From: Myxococcota bacterium
GTDB taxonomy: Bacteria; Myxococcota_A; UBA796; CAJQPC01
DNA: 64,000 nt
Reading direction: 5' to 3'
Assembly: GCA_036012755.1 (NCBI GenBank)
Contig: DASCPX010000107.1
Location: forward strand, 23,828 to 87,827
The notes below the pieces were generated by a model, which made no database searches, was not told the DNA's origin, and was given only the letters and a program-made list of their open reading frames with translations. Positions within the stretch are counted from its first letter, which is position 1. Each line of letters begins with the position of its first letter. This document shows, piece after piece, positions 30,093 to 39,468 of the stretch. The translations under genes were made by a program, and so were the position numbers.

Positions 30093-31109
30093 ATGTTCCC
30101 CGCCTCCTACCGCGTCGCCGACCTCCGGATCGAGCCCAACCTGGTGCTGTCACCTATGGAAGGGGTCACGGACCTGACCTTCCGGCGGCTCATCAGGGGG
30201 ATCGGCGGGGCTGGCCTGACCGTCACCGAGTTCGTCCCGGGCGCGGCCCTGGGGCGCGGGGACAAGAAGGTCGTGCAGACGGTGGAGCTCGACGAGGACG
30301 AGCATCCGGTCGCGGTCCAGCTCTATGGCAACGCCCCGGGTCGGATGGCGGAAGGAGCCAGGGTCGTCCAGGGCATGGGCGCTGACATCGTCGACATCAA
30401 CATGGGCTGTCCGTCGAAGAGGGTCTGCAGGAGCAGTGGGGGCTCGGCCCTGATGCGCGAGCCCGCGCTGGCTCGGGAGATCGTGGCGGCGGTGGTCTCG
30501 GCGGTGGACATCCCCGTCACGGTGAAGATGCGCTCCGGCTTCGACGCCTCGAACCGGAACGCCCCAGAGATCGCCTGGATCTGCCAGGAGGAGGGGGCCT
30601 CGGCCGTCACGATCCACTGGCGAACCAGACAGGACGGCTACGGCGGCGTGCGCGCGGTCTGCAAGATCGCCGAGGCCAAGGGTCGGCTGTCGATCCCGGT
30701 CCTCGCCAACGGGGACATCGTCGACGTCCGCTCCGCCCGGCGCATGTTCGAGGACACCGGCTGCGACGGTCTCTTCGTCGGTCGAGGCGCGATCCGGGAT
30801 CCCTGGCTCCTGCTCCGGCTCCAGCGCTGGATGCGTGGCGAGGAAGAGCCGGTCGTCCAGGACTCGGACAGGCACAGGCTGCTGTTGGACTACGTGGCGG
30901 GCCTTCGCGCTCGCTTCGCGATCTCCATCGGGAGCCAGGCGAGGGTCGACCACGCCGTGCTGGGTCGCTTCAAGATGTTCACGAAGCACTTCGCGACGCT
31001 GCACCTGTCCAAGGACGAGACGATCCGGACGAAGCTGCTCCGGAGCCAGACCCTCGATACGGCCTTGGGGCATGTCGAGGAGTACTTCGACCGCTATCGG
31101 GTAGCCTGA
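30093..31109 (+). CDS. dusB: tRNA-dihydrouridine synthase (DusB-like)
   Basis: LSPMEGVTD, DINMGCP, GGSALM, PVTVKMR, ANGDI and GRGA motifs. Confidence 0.9.
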   Translation: MFPASYRVADLRIEPNLVLSPMEGVTDLTFRRLIRGIGGAGLTVTEFVPGAALGRGDKKVVQTVELDEDEHPVAVQLYGNAPGRMAEGARVVQGMGADIVDINMGCPSKRVCRSSGGSALMREPALAREIVAAVVSAVDIPVTVKMRSGFDASNRNAPEIAWICQEEGASAVTIHWRTRQDGYGGVRAVCKIAEAKGRLSIPVLANGDIVDVRSARRMFEDTGCDGLFVGRGAIRDPWLLLRLQRWMRGEEEPVVQDSDRHRLLLDYVAGLRARFAISIGSQARVDHAVLGRFKMFTKHFATLHLSKDETIRTKLLRSQTLDTALGHVEEYFDRYRVA

Positions 31110-31113
31110 GGAC

Positions 31114-32586
31114 GTGGACAATGACCCGCTGATCGGCGCGGTGATCGAGGACCGCTACGAGCTCGTCGCGGCGATCGGGCAGGGTGGCGCTGCCCGGGTC
31201 TACCGGGCGATCCAGCAGCCGCTGGGGCGCGAGGTCGCGCTGAAGGTCGTCCGGCCCGATCTGCAAGGGGCGCAGCGGAAGGAGTTCCAGTCCCGCTTCC
31301 TGCGCGAGGCCGCCGGGGCTGGACGACTCGCGCATCCGGCCATCGTTCGGGTCTACGACTTCGGCCAGACGGCGGATGGGGACTGCTTCATCGTCATGGA
31401 GCTGCTCGTCGGCCGTCCCCTCCGGCGGCTCGTCAACTCCCCCGTGGACCCGCGCGAGGTAGCCCGCATCGGCGCCGTCCTGGGGCGTGGGCTCCGACAC
31501 GCCCACGTCCGCGGCGTCGTCCATCGGGACGTCAAGCCGGGGAACATCCTGCTCGTGCGGGACGACGACGGCGTCGAGCAGCCGAAGCTCCTGGACTTCG
31601 GCCTCGTCAAGGCAGAGGACGAGCCCACCTTCACCGGCGTGGGCACCTTCATGGGTACACCCCACTACATCGCGCCGGAGCAGGCCAAGAGCGACGGCGT
31701 CGTCGACGGGCGAGCCGACCAGTACAGCCTCGGCGTCATCCTCTACCGAATGCTCACCGGAGTCCTGCCCTACATGGCGGAGCACCCCATGGGCATCGCC
31801 CTGGCTCACATGAAGGAGCCCTACCCGCCGATGCGCGTCCGCGCGCCAGAGGTCACCGTCGACCCGGAGCTCGAGGACATCGTGCGGCGCTGCCTCGAGA
31901 AGGCCCCTGGGGATCGCTTCCCCGACGGGCGCGAGCTAGCCCGTGCCCTCGAAGCCTGGCTCGGCGCCGGGCCGGTGCTCCGAGAGGACTCCACGGTGAG
32001 CACCATCGAGCTCCCCGAACCAGAGCCAGAGCGCACCTGGGTTCCGCTCGTCGCTGGGGTGATCGGGCTGTTGCTCGCGCTCGGCGCCGGAGTAGCTCTC
32101 TGGCCCGAAGCCACCGAGGAGTTCCCCCTTCCGGTGCCCGATCCCCGCTTCGAGGTCCCCGAACTCACGGCGCTGCCGGAGACCCCGGTCTCCACCGCGC
32201 CGCGGAGCGTGTTCAGCCCACCTCCAGTCGACGAGGAGCCAGTCCTCGGTGAGGTGCCGGTCGAGGTCGCGATCGAGGTGCCCGTCGAAGAGCCGCTGGA
32301 GCCGCCTGCTCCCGCCGCGGTCGAGCCGCTGGCTCCCGCAGAGGAGCCTCCGCCGGTGGGGCCCTCCGCGTCCTACGACGGCGTCCAGATGACCCGAGAA
32401 CAAGCGGCTCGCACCCTGGCCTGGGTCAACGAGGCCGACGAGCAGGCCCTCCGCGCAGGAGGCGTCTACGGCCGCGGCGCCAACATCATCCTGGAGGCCC
32501 GCCCCTTCGCCACGATCGAGGCCTTCGTCGCGACGCCGTACATCGGCGAGAAGACGGTTCGCGCTGCCTACGACGCTGCGAACTGA
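31114..32586 (+). CDS. Membrane Ser/Thr kinase with C-terminal helix-hairpin-helix (ComEA-like) domain
   Basis: IGQGGAA, VALK, HRDVKPGN, DFG and GTPHYIAPEQ; TM helix; Pro/Glu linker; 'VNEADEQAL...GANIILEARPFATIEAFVATPYIGEKTV'. Confidence 0.88.
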   Translation: MDNDPLIGAVIEDRYELVAAIGQGGAARVYRAIQQPLGREVALKVVRPDLQGAQRKEFQSRFLREAAGAGRLAHPAIVRVYDFGQTADGDCFIVMELLVGRPLRRLVNSPVDPREVARIGAVLGRGLRHAHVRGVVHRDVKPGNILLVRDDDGVEQPKLLDFGLVKAEDEPTFTGVGTFMGTPHYIAPEQAKSDGVVDGRADQYSLGVILYRMLTGVLPYMAEHPMGIALAHMKEPYPPMRVRAPEVTVDPELEDIVRRCLEKAPGDRFPDGRELARALEAWLGAGPVLREDSTVSTIELPEPEPERTWVPLVAGVIGLLLALGAGVALWPEATEEFPLPVPDPRFEVPELTALPETPVSTAPRSVFSPPPVDEEPVLGEVPVEVAIEVPVEEPLEPPAPAAVEPLAPAEEPPPVGPSASYDGVQMTREQAARTLAWVNEADEQALRAGGVYGRGANIILEARPFATIEAFVATPYIGEKTVRAAYDAAN

Positions 32587-32596
32587 GCAGGGATCG

Positions 32597-33277
32597 TCAG
32601 GCGATCGGCGTCGAGACCAGGTTCGCCACGTAGAAGAAGTGCAACGTCGCGCCGGCCAGCACGAAGAGGTGCCAGACCTCGTGGTGGCCGAAGCGCTCCG
32701 GCCAGGGGTCGGGCCACTCGCGCCAGAAGATCAGGGCGCCGATGGTGTAGGCGAGGCCGCCGGAGAGCAGCCAGAAGATCTCGATGCCCGTCAGCTGCGG
32801 GAAGAACAGCAGGACAGGGAACAAGCTGAACCAGCCGAAGGCGAGGTAGAGCCCGGTCGACAGCCAGTGGGGTGCGTCCAGCCAGACGACCTTGAGCAGG
32901 ACGCCGGCGACCACGAAGGCGCCGACGATGCACAGCATGACGACTCGCCACGCGCCGTCGAGGAGGATCACCAGACCGGGCACATAGGTGCCGGCGATCA
33001 ACAGGTAGATCGTCATGTGGTCGATGCGGCGGAGGAGGCGATTGCCGCGCTCTCCGAAGTCGAAGAAGTGGTAGGCCGCGCTCGCGGCGAAGAGCGCCAC
33101 GAGCGTGCCGCCGTAGATGCTCGCCGAGGTCACCCTGGCCGCCCCTGGCTCGCAGAAGACGAGCAACAGCACGAGGCCAACGATGGCGGCGACGAAGCCG
33201 GCGAAGTGGGAGAGCCAGGACCAGAAGTCCTTGAAGATGCCGAAGCGCACCCGGATGCCCTGGCGGAAGAAGCTCAT
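32597..33277 (-). CDS. Hemolysin III / PAQR family membrane protein
   Basis: SWLSH, SAAYH, RRIDHMTIYLLIAGTY, GGLAYTIGA and FGHHEVWHLFVLAG motifs. Confidence 0.93.
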   Translation of the reverse strand: MSFFRQGIRVRFGIFKDFWSWLSHFAGFVAAIVGLVLLLVFCEPGAARVTSASIYGGTLVALFAASAAYHFFDFGERGNRLLRRIDHMTIYLLIAGTYVPGLVILLDGAWRVVMLCIVGAFVVAGVLLKVVWLDAPHWLSTGLYLAFGWFSLFPVLLFFPQLTGIEIFWLLSGGLAYTIGALIFWREWPDPWPERFGHHEVWHLFVLAGATLHFFYVANLVSTPIA

Positions 33278-36009
33278 TCGTCGCGGCGGCGCCTCATCAG
33301 GAGCATGCCGAGCAGTGTAAGCACCGAAGCCGCAGCGGCGCCACCGCCGCTGCAACCGAAGCAGGCAGCGGAGCCCTGGCAGTCCGCGTCGATGTCGTCG
33401 CCAGCGCCGTCACAGTCGTTGTCCTTTCCGTCGTCGCACTGCTCGATGGCGTCCCGGTAGACCCAGGGATCCTCGTCGTCGCAGTCGCCCTGCGCGGGTG
33501 CCTGCCCGTCGCCGTCGTTGTCGTCCCACCACCCTGGGATGCCGCTGTCGGTGGGGGAGGTGCCCGTGTCGGTGTCGTCTGTGTCGCCGGTGTCCTCTGG
33601 GGCGATGCCGTCGACCCCATCGCAGTTCTGGTCGATGCCGTCGTCCAGCACCTCGTCGGCGTTCGGGTAGATCGTCCCGTCCGTGTCGTCGCAGTCGGTC
33701 TCTTCCGGCGGGTCTCCACCACTCTCGTGGCGGAAGCCGTCACCGTCGGCGTCGTAGTCGTCGGCGCCGTCGCAGTCGCTGTCCACCCCGTCGTACCAGG
33801 TGTCGGTCGCGCCCGGGTAGACGCTCGCGTCGTCATTGTCGCAGTCGCCGTCGCTGGGCTTGTAGCCGTCGCCGTCGTCGTCCTCGTCAGCGGCCTCTGG
33901 CCCGCCGAAGCTGCCCATGTCCGAGCGCGAGCCGTCGGTGTCGGTGATGTCGGGGTCCCCAGCGTCCCGGCAAGGCGAGGTGGAGCTCAGGTACAGGATG
34001 TCGTTGTCGGCGTTGTCGTCAACGCTCCAGCCCGTGTAGTCAGGGTCCTTCGAGATGTTGCCGTCCAAGCCAGTGAGATCACTGAGACCTTGACCCCAGT
34101 CGGTGCCGTTGTCGTGGCTGTCGTTGTAGGTGATGACGAAGTCGCTGATCGAGTAGGCACGGAAGCCGTCGCCGTCGTTGAAGGCGGCGATGTCGTTGAC
34201 GAGGGTCACACCCTCGCCGTACTCCACGCTGAAGCCGCGCTCGCCGTTGCCGACCGCGTCGGAGTTCTGCACGACGAAGGCCCCGGTCGCGTCCGAGACC
34301 GTCAGGCCAGTGCCGCCGTTGCCTATGAAGACGCTGTTGGTGACGATGTGTGAGCCGCTCGCCGAGTAGTAGGCGCCGCCGTCCAGGTTGCCGCGGAAGC
34401 TCGTGTTCTCCATGTAGGAGCCGTCGATCGAGACCGCCTTGAGGCCCTCTTCGGCGTTCCCGCTGTAGCTGTCCGATGTGATCTTGAAGCTGTTGGCGCC
34501 GATGACGTAGACGCCCTCTGGGCTGTTGTCGTCGAAGTCGTTCTGGGACGAGATCCATGACTTGGGCGCGTCGGCATAGACGGCGCCGCCGCTCGTCGTC
34601 GCGGTGTTGCGCTGGAAGCTGTTCTTCGACAGCGTGCCCGTGGCCCCCGAGGCGTCGTTGGCGTGGTGGAAGACGGCGCCCCCGACGTCGGAGGTGTTCG
34701 TCAGGAAGGTGCTGCGCTTGAGGGTCATCGCGGCCCGGTAGACGCGGATCGCCCCGCCCTGGGAGCCGCCGGAGTTGGCCGTGAAGGTCGAGTCGTAGAC
34801 CTCCAGCTTGCCCTCGTCGGCGAAGATGGCGCCGCCGGCGATGTCAGCCGTGTTGCTCGTGAAGTCCCCGTCCTGGATGTAGATGGGCGCAGAGGACCAG
34901 ATCGCCGCTCCCTCCTCCGTGGCGGTGTTGTCCTCGAAGGTGCAGGTGTCGACGGCGAGGTCCTCGCCGCTGCCGGTGTCGATCACGTAGACAGCGCCGG
35001 AGTCGGAGCTGTGGTTCATGATCGTGCAGTCCCGCAGGGTCAGCTTCGTGCCGCCGCCGAAGTAGATGGCCGGCCCGCGGATGGTGCTCGCCGCGGCGGT
35101 GTTGCCGTCCATCTCGCCGCGGACCTCCATCTTCGTGTCCCAGCTGTAGATCCCGCCCCCGTTCCCGCCTGCGGCGTTGTCGTTGATCTCCGCGGTGGCC
35201 CCGCGGAACCAGCTGCCAGAGCTCGAGTTGGACCCCTCGATGTAGGCGCCTGCGCCGGAGAGCCCGGAGCTGTTGTTGGTCACGACACAGTTCTGGCAAG
35301 CCAGGTCGGAGTCACGGACGTCGACACCGCCACCGTTGTCCGCGGCAACGTTCGAGTCGACCGTGACCCGCGTCATCGTGACCGTGGAGCCGTCGCGGAT
35401 CCGGAAGCCCCCGCCGTGCCACTCGGCGGTGTTGTCTTCGACGGTGACGTCGGTGAGGTCCGCCGTCGAGTCGGTGATGTAGAAGCCCCCGCCCTGGTAC
35501 GCGGTGTTGCCGCTGACCGTGCAGTTGCTGGCGGTGAGGGTGCTGCCGTCGACGAAGAAGCCGGCCCCGTACTGGCTGTTGGTGAGCTCCACGTTCTTGA
35601 CGTTGCAGCTGCTGATCGTCAGCGTGGCGCCGTTGGTGACGAGGTAGCCCCCGCCGTTGCTCTTGCCCGTGACGTTGTTGACGCGGATCGACGAGGCCGT
35701 CACGGTCGACCCGCGGACCTCCAGCCCCTGGTCGCTGCCGGTCAGCTCGAAGCCCGAGATCGTCACGGTCTCGCCCTCGTCTACCGACACCGCGTGGGTC
35801 TCGCCCGTGGCGTCGATGATCGTGGTCGACGGGCCATCGCCTGTCAGGGTGAGGTTCTTTCCGCTGGTGTCGACGGCCTCTTCATAGGTGCCGGCGGCCA
35901 CGGTGATCGTGTCTCCGCTGCTGGCGGCGTCGATCGCGGCCTGGATGGTGGAGTGGTCACCGGGCACGGAGAGCGTCGCGCCCCACGCCGGAGCGAGCAG
36001 GATCAGCAC
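33274..36009 (-). CDS. Large surface protein: right-handed beta-helix, Asp/Cys-rich metal-binding repeats, MYXO-CTERM-like tail
   Basis: GGAGG RBS; TIQAAIDAA..GDTI.V..GTY; many N.A..GG(A)I repeats; DxDGDG..DCDD..YPGA..DGxDxxCDG repeats; GCSGGG-hydrophobic-RRRR tail. Confidence 0.88.
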   Translation of the reverse strand: MLILLAPAWGATLSVPGDHSTIQAAIDAASSGDTITVAAGTYEEAVDTSGKNLTLTGDGPSTTIIDATGETHAVSVDEGETVTISGFELTGSDQGLEVRGSTVTASSIRVNNVTGKSNGGGYLVTNGATLTISSCNVKNVELTNSQYGAGFFVDGSTLTASNCTVSGNTAYQGGGFYITDSTADLTDVTVEDNTAEWHGGGFRIRDGSTVTMTRVTVDSNVAADNGGGVDVRDSDLACQNCVVTNNSSGLSGAGAYIEGSNSSSGSWFRGATAEINDNAAGGNGGGIYSWDTKMEVRGEMDGNTAAASTIRGPAIYFGGGTKLTLRDCTIMNHSSDSGAVYVIDTGSGEDLAVDTCTFEDNTATEEGAAIWSSAPIYIQDGDFTSNTADIAGGAIFADEGKLEVYDSTFTANSGGSQGGAIRVYRAAMTLKRSTFLTNTSDVGGAVFHHANDASGATGTLSKNSFQRNTATTSGGAVYADAPKSWISSQNDFDDNSPEGVYVIGANSFKITSDSYSGNAEEGLKAVSIDGSYMENTSFRGNLDGGAYYSASGSHIVTNSVFIGNGGTGLTVSDATGAFVVQNSDAVGNGERGFSVEYGEGVTLVNDIAAFNDGDGFRAYSISDFVITYNDSHDNGTDWGQGLSDLTGLDGNISKDPDYTGWSVDDNADNDILYLSSTSPCRDAGDPDITDTDGSRSDMGSFGGPEAADEDDDGDGYKPSDGDCDNDDASVYPGATDTWYDGVDSDCDGADDYDADGDGFRHESGGDPPEETDCDDTDGTIYPNADEVLDDGIDQNCDGVDGIAPEDTGDTDDTDTGTSPTDSGIPGWWDDNDGDGQAPAQGDCDDEDPWVYRDAIEQCDDGKDNDCDGAGDDIDADCQGSAACFGCSGGGAAAASVLTLLGMLLMRRRRDE
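33380..33885 (-). repeat. Three Asp/Cys-rich 'putative metal-binding motif' repeats
   Basis: DDDGDGY..DCDNDD..DGVDSDCDG; DADGDGF..DCDDTD..DGIDQNCDG; DNDGDGQ..DCDDED..DGKDNDCDG. Confidence 0.8.
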
Positions 36010-36028
36010 AGATGACCTCCGCGGGGCG

Positions 36029-37777
36029 TCAGTCTGCCACCAGTACCAGCACCCCTGCTTCGCTGGCCTCGTCCTGGCAGTGGACCTGCCCGTCTTTCTC
36101 CGGCCAGCAGCGCAGCTCGAGTGCGTCGACGAGGTGGAGATCGGTGTATGCCGTGCTCCTGCCGACCACCTTGACGGCGAGGGTGTAGTCGCCTTCTGGC
36201 ACCTCTCCTTGCAGCCCCAGCTCGTCGCCGTCCAGCGCGCGCTCCCCTGCCTGCAGAAGGCGCACCCACTGCACCGTGTCACCGTCGATCTGCACTGCGA
36301 CGGGCACCGACCCTTCGATCTCGAGGGGGATCGGAGGCTGGTCGTCGATTGGCGCGATCGGGTCCGATCGGTAGTAGAGCCAGGCCGCCGTACCTCCGAC
36401 GAGCACGACGAGGAAGCCCAAGGCTGCGACGGCGAAGCCGACCATCAGGAGCGGTCCGAGCACCCCCCTCTTCTTTGGGACCTCTGCGGGCGACGGGGGA
36501 AGCGGGGGCGGCGGGGGCCGCGCGATCGGGTCGGGCTCGTCGGCGGGCTCGCCGACGGGCTCGCCGACGGGCTCGGGCGGCCGTGCCAGGTTCGGCCCCG
36601 CGACCGCGTGCTGCACGATGTGTTCGACCGGAGGCTCGGGCTCCGGGCGGAACCCCGACAGCGGCGTGGGCGCTTCGAGGTCCTCTACCGGTACGCGGCC
36701 TGGAGTGCGTCGAGGCCTCCGAGCTCGCGGAGGCGCCGCCTCGGGTTGGGTCGGGCGGGGCTGGTCACCGCTGGTGCGCGGATCGATGTAGACCTGCTTC
36801 CCCGCGAGGACGCCGCTGGGCTCCTCCTCGTCGGGGAAGGCGAGGTCGACCAGTTGGCCCATGCTGTCGGCGCAGAAGTCTTCGAGCGAGGGACCGCGCG
36901 CGCGATCCGCGAAGGCGCGCAGGAGCTTCACGGCCTGCTCGCCCGTGGGGCGCTGACCGGGGCGATCGGCGCACATCTGCAGCAACACCTTTCGGACCGC
37001 GTGATCCCAGTCCGTCTCGCTCATGCCCGTGTCGCTGATCGCCCCGGCAGCTTTGCGAAGGGCCTCGTGGTGACGAGGGCCATCTGGCAACACCTTCAGC
37101 CACTGCCCCTCGAGCAGCTCCATGAGCAACAGGCCCAGGGAGTAGATGTCGCTGGTGTGCTCTCCGCGGTCGCCCTCCCGACGCTCCGGGCTCATGTACT
37201 TCAGCGAGCCGAAGCGGAGCATCGCCGTCTCCGCCTCGCGCCCCTCGAAGAAGCCCCGCGCCGTGCCGAAGTCGAGGACCTTGATCTCGCCCTCCTGCGT
37301 CAACATGATGTTGCTCGGCTTGATGTCGCGATGGACGACCTGGAGCGGCGCTTCGTGCCCGTAGGGTGTCTTTCGGTAGGCGGCGTCGAGCGCCGAGGCG
37401 ACCTTGGCGCAGATCTGGTAGGCCGCGCGGGGCGGGAGTCGCTCCTTGCGCTCCGCCAGATGCTCCACGACCTGCTTCAGGTCGAGGCCGTCGACGAACT
37501 CCATCACGATGGCGAGCTGGCCGTCGAGCTCGGTCATCTCCTCGACCCGAACGATGTTGGGGTGGCGCAGGCGGGCCAGCATCCGCGCCTCGTCCTGGGT
37601 CCGGATGTGGAACTCGTCCGCGTCGTTCCACTTCTCGCGTAGGACTTTCACTGCCACGAGCCGCGTCAGGCCACCCGTCCCGGTGACCTGGGCGAGGTAG
37701 ACGCGAGCGAAGGTCCCACCGCTCCGTTCGTGGAGCAGCGTGATTTGTTGACGTCCGGGCGCGGAGGAGCGGTCCAT
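36029..37777 (-). CDS. Membrane Ser/Thr protein kinase
   Basis: GGTFARVY, VAVK, HRDIKPSN, DFG and YMSPE; Pro-rich linker; TM helix; small beta-rich exported domain. Confidence 0.92.
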   Translation of the reverse strand: MDRSSAPGRQQITLLHERSGGTFARVYLAQVTGTGGLTRLVAVKVLREKWNDADEFHIRTQDEARMLARLRHPNIVRVEEMTELDGQLAIVMEFVDGLDLKQVVEHLAERKERLPPRAAYQICAKVASALDAAYRKTPYGHEAPLQVVHRDIKPSNIMLTQEGEIKVLDFGTARGFFEGREAETAMLRFGSLKYMSPERREGDRGEHTSDIYSLGLLLMELLEGQWLKVLPDGPRHHEALRKAAGAISDTGMSETDWDHAVRKVLLQMCADRPGQRPTGEQAVKLLRAFADRARGPSLEDFCADSMGQLVDLAFPDEEEPSGVLAGKQVYIDPRTSGDQPRPTQPEAAPPRARRPRRTPGRVPVEDLEAPTPLSGFRPEPEPPVEHIVQHAVAGPNLARPPEPVGEPVGEPADEPDPIARPPPPPLPPSPAEVPKKRGVLGPLLMVGFAVAALGFLVVLVGGTAAWLYYRSDPIAPIDDQPPIPLEIEGSVPVAVQIDGDTVQWVRLLQAGERALDGDELGLQGEVPEGDYTLAVKVVGRSTAYTDLHLVDALELRCWPEKDGQVHCQDEASEAGVLVLVAD

Positions 37778-37921
37778 GCGGTCTCGCGGGCTCCGGGACG
37801 GGCCCAGGGCCGAGGATAGCACCGCCTTTTCTTCGCCAGGGGACGATGGGCGGAGTCCAGGGGGTTCGCCCGCGTGTCGATTCGGTTAGACTCCCCGCCG
37901 ATTCGGACGGGATCCTCCAGT

Positions 37922-37948
37922 GGAACCCGAGCCGGGCGCGGGCGTCCG
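37922..37948 (+). promoter_or_regulatory. Candidate ECF-sigma promoter (GGAACC-N16-GTC) for the 11-gene operon
   Basis: GGAACC at 37922-37927 and GTC at 37944-37946, about 35 nt before ATG 37983. Confidence 0.35.
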
Positions 37949-37982
37949 ACAAGACGCGCGTGCTCCGCACAGGGAGAATGGA

Positions 37983-38990
37983 ATGCTTCTGGGCTTCTTG
38001 TGGCTGACGAGCTGCTTCGTCCTCGACATGATCGGCGGTGACGACGGGGCCTTGCTCCAGGGCGCGGACGCCAAGCTGAGCGCTGGCGATGTCGCTGGCG
38101 CGATCGTCGACTACGAGACCGTGCTCGCCGGCAATCCGGAGAGCGTCGACGCCGCGATCGGCGTGGCCTATGGCGCCTACGTCAGTGGCGACCTCGGGCG
38201 CGCCGAGACCGTGCTCGCCTCTGTCGAGGGTGTCGCGGGCGAGCGACTCAGCGAGATCAAGCTCCGGCGTGCGCTGGTCGCGATGGCCTCTGGGGACACG
38301 GACGCGCTGCGCGAGCACGCGGCCGCCTCGGGTCTGCCGGAGGGCAAGGTCCTCGTCGCAGAGGTGGCCCTGGCCGACGGTGAGCGCGAAGAGGCCATCG
38401 CGCTCCTGCAGGACGCAGCTGGTGCCGGCGGCGAGGTCGCTTCTGCCGCCAACGGCTACCTGGAGCTGCTCGGGGATGACGATCCTGCCGTGCAGGGTCT
38501 GGCCGAGAACTACGCGCTGTGGGCGCTCGGTGCCCGCAGCGTGGCGGTGAAGTCCGTCGAGGAGGTCGTCAAGAGCGTCCCCGACGATCGCGATCGAAAG
38601 GCGGAGGAGCTCTTGTTGTGGGCTGGCCGGGCGGCGGGTGAGGGGGAGACCCTCGTCGCTTCCAGCCTGCTCGAGGCGATCAGCTTCCCACCGCCGGGGC
38701 AGGCGTGGCGTGTTCCGGCGACGCGGGCGATCATCGACTGCGCCGACGGCGAGCACGACACCTGCCTCGCCACCTTCGAAGACCTCGACGGAAAGGCCCC
38801 TGCGGACGGCCTCCTGCATGCCCGCGCGACCGCTGCCATGCTGGTGGACGACGCCGAGGTCGTCACAGAGCTCCTTCCGGAGCACCCCAGCGCGGCCTCG
38901 GCTCTAGCTGCCGCGATGGCTGGCAATGACTCCATGGCTCGGAGCCTGGCCCCGTCTGGCCTGCTCGCCGAGCACCTCAACGCGAGGTAA
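37983..38990 (+). CDS. TPR-like helical lipoprotein
   Basis: LWLTSC lipobox; 'GDVAGAIVDYETVLAGNPESVDAAIGVA' TPR pattern. Confidence 0.8.
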   Translation: MLLGFLWLTSCFVLDMIGGDDGALLQGADAKLSAGDVAGAIVDYETVLAGNPESVDAAIGVAYGAYVSGDLGRAETVLASVEGVAGERLSEIKLRRALVAMASGDTDALREHAAASGLPEGKVLVAEVALADGEREEAIALLQDAAGAGGEVASAANGYLELLGDDDPAVQGLAENYALWALGARSVAVKSVEEVVKSVPDDRDRKAEELLLWAGRAAGEGETLVASSLLEAISFPPPGQAWRVPATRAIIDCADGEHDTCLATFEDLDGKAPADGLLHARATAAMLVDDAEVVTELLPEHPSAASALAAAMAGNDSMARSLAPSGLLAEHLNAR

Positions 38991-38992
38991 CC

Positions 38993-39451
38993 ATGACACG
39001 AAGCATCCTGTCCCTCTTTGCCCTGCTGCTCCTGGCAGTGCTCCCTTCAGAGGCCCTCGCCAAGAAGGGCGCTGACTCGATCGGCACACGGGTCTACGTC
39101 CAGGTCCTGGACGAGGCTGGTGAGCCGATCCGCACGGCGGTCATCCGCCACCCCGATGAGGCCGACCGCCATCGCGTCAACAGTGTCGACGGCACCTGGG
39201 ACGACGAGGTCCTCTACCTCCCGGACGGCACGGAGCTCATCTTCACCCCGGGAATGATGCTGGTGCTCGAGGTGTCGGCGCCTGGCTACGAGACCCAGGT
39301 CATCCAGTACCAGGTCCGGCGGCGCAAGAACAACCTGAAGGTCACGCTCACCGAGCTCAAGTACGACGAGGGCGAGATCGAGGAGCCGATGATGTCCTTT
39401 GGACGCGACACCCCGCGCGACGAGAGCGGCGGTGGCGACCCGGCCAACTGA
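38993..39451 (+). CDS. Secreted carboxypeptidase-regulatory-like/PEGA-like beta-sandwich protein
   Basis: Signal peptide ending ALA; 'VLDEAGEPIRTA' and 'LEVSAPGYETQ' motifs. Confidence 0.65.
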   Translation: MTRSILSLFALLLLAVLPSEALAKKGADSIGTRVYVQVLDEAGEPIRTAVIRHPDEADRHRVNSVDGTWDDEVLYLPDGTELIFTPGMMLVLEVSAPGYETQVIQYQVRRRKNNLKVTLTELKYDEGEIEEPMMSFGRDTPRDESGGGDPAN

Positions 39452-39468
39452 AGAACCAGGAGAGAAGC

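Noticed and set aside
36532..36576. Short direct repeats (cgggctcgccga) in the kinase gene
   Set aside because: They encode the PEPVGEPVGEPADEP linker; an ordinary coding repeat.
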